Positions 59,909 through 64,000 of a stretch of DNA of 64,000 bases are shown piece after piece. Below the pieces are notes generated by a model. It was not told the origin of the DNA, searched no databases, and was given only the letters and a program-made list of their open reading frames with translations. This DNA comes from Nitrospirota bacterium. Lineage in GTDB: Bacteria; Nitrospirota; Thermodesulfovibrionia; Thermodesulfovibrionales; Dissulfurispiraceae. Both the position numbers and the translations under genes were made by a program. The DNA lies in NCBI GenBank assembly GCA_963790025.1, contig CAWBMP010000004.1, forward strand, positions 672,001 to 736,000, read 5' to 3'. The stretch's first letter is position 1; every line of letters starts with the position of its first letter.

Positions 59909-62611
59909 ATGAGCTATAACCTCGCTGGTACACTCCGTGAATTCGACGCTGGTAACGGGAGAAAGGGGAAATTCTATTCCCTGCCTGCCCTGGAACAGTC
60001 CGGAATCGGCGCTATTTCCCGCCTGCCGGTATCTGTCCGCATCGTGCTCGAATCCGTACTGCGGAACTTTGACGGTAAAAAGATTACCGAAGATCATGTT
60101 AAGCAGCTTGCCAACTGGGGACCCACTGCTCCCCGCACCGGGGAGATTCCCTTTGTTGTTGCGCGCATCTTGTTGCAGGACTTCACCGGAGTTCCTCTTC
60201 TTTGTGATCTTGCGGCGATGCGCGGTGCGGCTTTCAGGATGGGAAAAGACCCAGGGATCATCGAACCGCTGGTCCCCGTTGATCTGGTTGTGGACCACTC
60301 GGTCCAGGTCGACTACTACGGTGAGCCGGACGCCCTCCGGAAAAATATGGAACTCGAGTTCAAGCGCAACAAGGAGCGTTACCAGTTCCTGAAATGGGGT
60401 ATGAATGCATTTGATACCTTTAAGGTCGTGCCCCCCGGCATCGGCATTGTTCACCAGGTAAACCTGGAATACCTTGCGAGAGGTGTGCATAACAAAGGGG
60501 GAGTATATTATCCTGACACCCTTGTGGGCACAGACAGCCATACCACTATGATCAACGGCATTGGTGTTGTGGGATGGGGAGTGGGCGGCATAGAGGCTGA
60601 GGCAGGAATGCTGGGCCAGCCGATCTATTTTCTGACCCCTGACGTTGTAGGCGTGAACATGAAGGGCAGGCTGAATGAAGGCATTACAGCTACCGATCTG
60701 GTTTTGACCGTCACCGAAATGCTCCGCAGGGAAAAAGTGGTAGGAAAATTTGTGGAGTTCTTCGGCGAAGGAGCTTCTTCCCTCACCCTGCCTGACAGGG
60801 CTACAGTTGCAAATATGGCTCCGGAATACGGCGCGACTATGGGCTTCTTCCCTGTAGACGATGTAACCGTGGATTTTCTCCGGGGCAGCGGCCGGAATGA
60901 TGATGAAATTTCAGCTTTCCAGGCGTACTTTGAGAACCAGGGAATGTTCGGGATGCCAAAAGCGGGTGAAGTATACTACTCCAGGGTTATAGAACTGGAT
61001 ATCTCAAACGTTGAGTCCGCTGTGGCAGGACCGAGGCAGCCCAAGGACCGAATCAGTATGCACGCCCTCAAAGACAGGTTTACCGAGCTATTTGCAAAGC
61101 CAGTGGCTGAGAACGGCTTTGCAAAAAAAGCTGAGGACCTTCCCGGACGTTTCAAGATCAGGGATGGAGTGGACATTGGCTCCGGAGATGTGATCATTGC
61201 AGCGATTACGTCCTGCACGAATACCTCAAATCCAGGCGTGCTCCTGGCCGCTGGGCTCCTCGCGAAGAAAGCGGTGGAAAAAGGTCTCACAGTAAAGAAG
61301 CACATTAAGACATCGCTTGCTCCCGGTTCACGTGTTGTAACTGAATACTTGAACAAAGCCGGTCTCATGCCGTATCTCGAAAAGCTCGGTTTCTATCTCG
61401 CTGCTTACGGCTGCACCACCTGCATCGGTAATGCGGGGCAACTGGATAAAGAAATAGAAGAGACCATTGTCAAAAACGAACTGGTCTGCGCCGCAGTTCT
61501 TTCTGGCAACCGCAACTTTGAGGCGCGTATCCATCCCAACCTGCGTGCAAACTTTCTTATGAGTCCTCCCCTCGTTGTGGCCTTTGCCATCGCTGGTACC
61601 GTGCTCATAAACCTGGAAAAAGAGCCTATGGGGACCGGTAATGATGGAAAGGAAATCTATCTCAGGGACATTTGGCCCGGCGGTGCTGAAGTGTCGGCAC
61701 TGATGAAGTATGCAACAGACAGCGAAACGTTCCGGAAACTGTACTCGGATTTCACCAAAGACAACGTCCTGTGGAACAGCGTTTCCTCGGTGTCAGGTAA
61801 AATCTACGACTGGCCGAAATCAACTTATATTGCCGAGCCTCCTTTTTTCCAGGACTTCGACTTGCAGCCCCGCACCGTGGCCGATGTCACCGGGGCCAGG
61901 GCCCTGGGTATTTTCGGAGATTCGGTCACTACAGACCATATCAGTCCTGCAAGTTCGATTAAGAAAACGTCACCAGCTGGAATGTACCTTATGGAAAACG
62001 GCGTTGCAGATACCGATTTCCAGAGTTACGGTACACGCCGGGGGAACCACGATGTAATGATTCGCGGAACTTTTGCCAATGTGCGTATCAGGAATCTGAT
62101 GCTGCCGCAAAAGAACGACGGCAGTAGTATAGAAGGAGGCATCACGCTGTTCCAGCCGTCAGGGGAACAGATGTTCATATATGATGCTGCAATGAAATAC
62201 ATTGCACGTGGCACGCCCACAGTTGTGTTCGGCGGCGAAGAATACGGCACGGGGTCGTCGAGAGACTGGGCCGCCAAAGGCACGCAGCTTCTCGGTGTAA
62301 GGGCTGTGATAGCCAGGAGCTTCGAACGCATCCACCGTTCGAATCTTGTCGGCATGGGTGTATTGCCGCTGCAATTCAAGGGCAGTGATACTGTCCAGTC
62401 TCTCAATATCCGGGGTGACGAGGAATTCGATATCCTCGGCATGAAGAATATCGGTCCCCGGCAGGACATAACCCTGGTGATTAAACACAAGGAAGGCAGA
62501 GCGCAAGAAGTAAAACTCCTCTGCCGCATCGACACCGCTATCGAGGCTGACTATTTCAGGCATGGCGGAATTCTTCCATATGTATTGCGTGAGCTTATTG
62601 CAGCAATATAG
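59909..62611 (+). CDS. acnA: Aconitate hydratase A (possibly 2-methylisocitrate dehydratase in this prp context)
   Basis: [49 protein letters not shown]. Confidence 0.95.
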   Translation: MSYNLAGTLREFDAGNGRKGKFYSLPALEQSGIGAISRLPVSVRIVLESVLRNFDGKKITEDHVKQLANWGPTAPRTGEIPFVVARILLQDFTGVPLLCDLAAMRGAAFRMGKDPGIIEPLVPVDLVVDHSVQVDYYGEPDALRKNMELEFKRNKERYQFLKWGMNAFDTFKVVPPGIGIVHQVNLEYLARGVHNKGGVYYPDTLVGTDSHTTMINGIGVVGWGVGGIEAEAGMLGQPIYFLTPDVVGVNMKGRLNEGITATDLVLTVTEMLRREKVVGKFVEFFGEGASSLTLPDRATVANMAPEYGATMGFFPVDDVTVDFLRGSGRNDDEISAFQAYFENQGMFGMPKAGEVYYSRVIELDISNVESAVAGPRQPKDRISMHALKDRFTELFAKPVAENGFAKKAEDLPGRFKIRDGVDIGSGDVIIAAITSCTNTSNPGVLLAAGLLAKKAVEKGLTVKKHIKTSLAPGSRVVTEYLNKAGLMPYLEKLGFYLAAYGCTTCIGNAGQLDKEIEETIVKNELVCAAVLSGNRNFEARIHPNLRANFLMSPPLVVAFAIAGTVLINLEKEPMGTGNDGKEIYLRDIWPGGAEVSALMKYATDSETFRKLYSDFTKDNVLWNSVSSVSGKIYDWPKSTYIAEPPFFQDFDLQPRTVADVTGARALGIFGDSVTTDHISPASSIKKTSPAGMYLMENGVADTDFQSYGTRRGNHDVMIRGTFANVRIRNLMLPQKNDGSSIEGGITLFQPSGEQMFIYDAAMKYIARGTPTVVFGGEEYGTGSSRDWAAKGTQLLGVRAVIARSFERIHRSNLVGMGVLPLQFKGSDTVQSLNIRGDEEFDILGMKNIGPRQDITLVIKHKEGRAQEVKLLCRIDTAIEADYFRHGGILPYVLRELIAAI

Positions 62612-62669
62612 GGCACAATTGCAAACTTCGAGACCATCGAAGAAAAAATCCTTAAAGGAGAAATGAGCG

Positions 62670-64000
62670 ATGGGAAAGTATGATGATATCTTTCAAAAAA
62701 GCATCAAGGACCCTTCAGGCTTTTGGGGAGAGGCCGCAGAACAAATCGACTGGTACAAGAGATGGGACAAGGTCCTGGATGATTCAAGGAAACCTTTCTA
62801 CAAATGGTTTGTGGGCGGCGAACTCAACACATGCTACAATGCGCTGGACAGGCATGTGAAAGGCGGGAGGGGGAACCAGATCGCCCTCATTTATGACAGT
62901 CCCGTAACCGACACTATCGAGAAATTCACCTATTCCCAACTGCTTGACACAGTTGCCAAGTTTGCAGGGGCGTTGAAAGGACTTGGTGTTGTCAAGGGCG
63001 ATACAGTCATTATTTACATGCCTATGATTCCACAGGCAGCGATCGCCATGCTGGCCTGCGCCCGTCTTGGGGCCATCCATTCAGTAGTCTTCGGAGGTTT
63101 CGCTCCGCATGAGCTGGCAATACGCATTGACGATGCAAAACCGAAGGTGTTGATCTCCGCATCGGGCGCCAAGGAGGGGGCCCGCGTCCTGGAGTACAAG
63201 CCGATGATAGACAAAGCACTGGAACTCTCCAAGCATAGACCCCAGAAATGCATAATCTTCCAGAGGCAATTTGTAACGGCGTCTATTATCGAAGGCCGCG
63301 ATCTCGACTTTGAACAGATAACTGCAAAGGCCGCTCCCGCAGACTGCGTGCCGGTTAAGGCTACCGACCCTCTCTATATTCTCTACACCTCAGGAACTAC
63401 CGGTGTCCCCAAAGGGATTGTCCGTGATAACGGCGGTCATGCGGTGGCATTGAGATGGAGCATTCCAAACATCTATGATACCTATCCCGGGGAAGTTTAC
63501 TGGGCGGCCTCCGACGTGGGCTGGGTAGTGGGTCATTCATATATAATATATGCTCCGCTAATAAGCGGCTGCACAACTGTATTATATGAAGGAAAACCTG
63601 TAGGCACGCCGAATCCCGGGGCCTTCTGGAGGGTCATCTCCGAGCATGGAGTCAAGACCCTGTTCACTGCGCCTACCGCTTTCCGGGCAATAAAGAGGGA
63701 CGATCCGAACGGTGACTATATAAAACAGTATGACCTCTCAAAATTTAAATACCTCTTCCTCGCCGGTGAGCGGCTCGATCCCGACACTTACCACTGGGCA
63801 CATGACCTTCTTAACAAGCACGTAGTGGACCACTGGTGGCAGACCGAGACAGGATGGCCTATTACTGCAAACTGCATGGGGATCGAACAGTTTGCTATTA
63901 AACCGGGCTCTTCTACGAAACCGGTTCCGGGGTATAATATTCACATTCTCGACAGCGACGGTAAAGTGCTTGGGCCGAATCAGACTGGGATCATAACCGC
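62670..64000 (+). CDS. prpE: Propionyl-CoA synthetase (acyl-CoA synthetase); runs off the window end
   Basis: MGKYDDIF...PSGFWGEAA...WFVGGELNTCYNALDRHV; YTSGTTGVPKGIVRDNGGH; DHWWQTETG. Confidence 0.85.
   Translation, partial: MGKYDDIFQKSIKDPSGFWGEAAEQIDWYKRWDKVLDDSRKPFYKWFVGGELNTCYNALDRHVKGGRGNQIALIYDSPVTDTIEKFTYSQLLDTVAKFAGALKGLGVVKGDTVIIYMPMIPQAAIAMLACARLGAIHSVVFGGFAPHELAIRIDDAKPKVLISASGAKEGARVLEYKPMIDKALELSKHRPQKCIIFQRQFVTASIIEGRDLDFEQITAKAAPADCVPVKATDPLYILYTSGTTGVPKGIVRDNGGHAVALRWSIPNIYDTYPGEVYWAASDVGWVVGHSYIIYAPLISGCTTVLYEGKPVGTPNPGAFWRVISEHGVKTLFTAPTAFRAIKRDDPNGDYIKQYDLSKFKYLFLAGERLDPDTYHWAHDLLNKHVVDHWWQTETGWPITANCMGIEQFAIKPGSSTKPVPGYNIHILDSDGKVLGPNQTGIIT

Overview
Chromosomal window from an anaerobic bacterium; gene content suggests Nitrospirota/Thermodesulfovibrionia or a deltaproteobacterium-like organism (inference). 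It holds housekeeping genes (leuA, leuC, ilvC, hisG, glgC, murB, psd/pssA, scpA, tatA, nfnAB, aconitase, prpE) and an ArsR-TolC-MFP-RND-DUF2892 efflux operon. A selenocysteine formate dehydrogenase (in-frame UGA plus SECIS) lies next to a LysR regulator and a TupA-like protein with no signal peptide. A c-di-GMP-I riboswitch precedes a ParB-like orphan. Two convergent cytochrome/menaquinone redox operons flank a NarL-type two-component system and share a 22-bp-phased operator. A collapsed prpB'-'prpC remnant precedes acn-prpE. The non-coding DNA is unusually structured: (i) a convergent pair of ~170-nt elements with a conserved core but unrelated, near-perfect 33-35-bp closing arms (54126-54494); (ii) a self-contained candidate sRNA gene (47676-47786); (iii) six inverted 6/7/8-mer tandem-repeat hairpins, two of which encode signal-peptide cores; (iv) a 5x42-bp palindromic repeat translated in frame inside a 13-heme cytochrome. 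I found no CRISPR array, rRNA, tRNA, transposase or reverse transcriptase. All family assignments come from motif recognition by eye, not from database searches.
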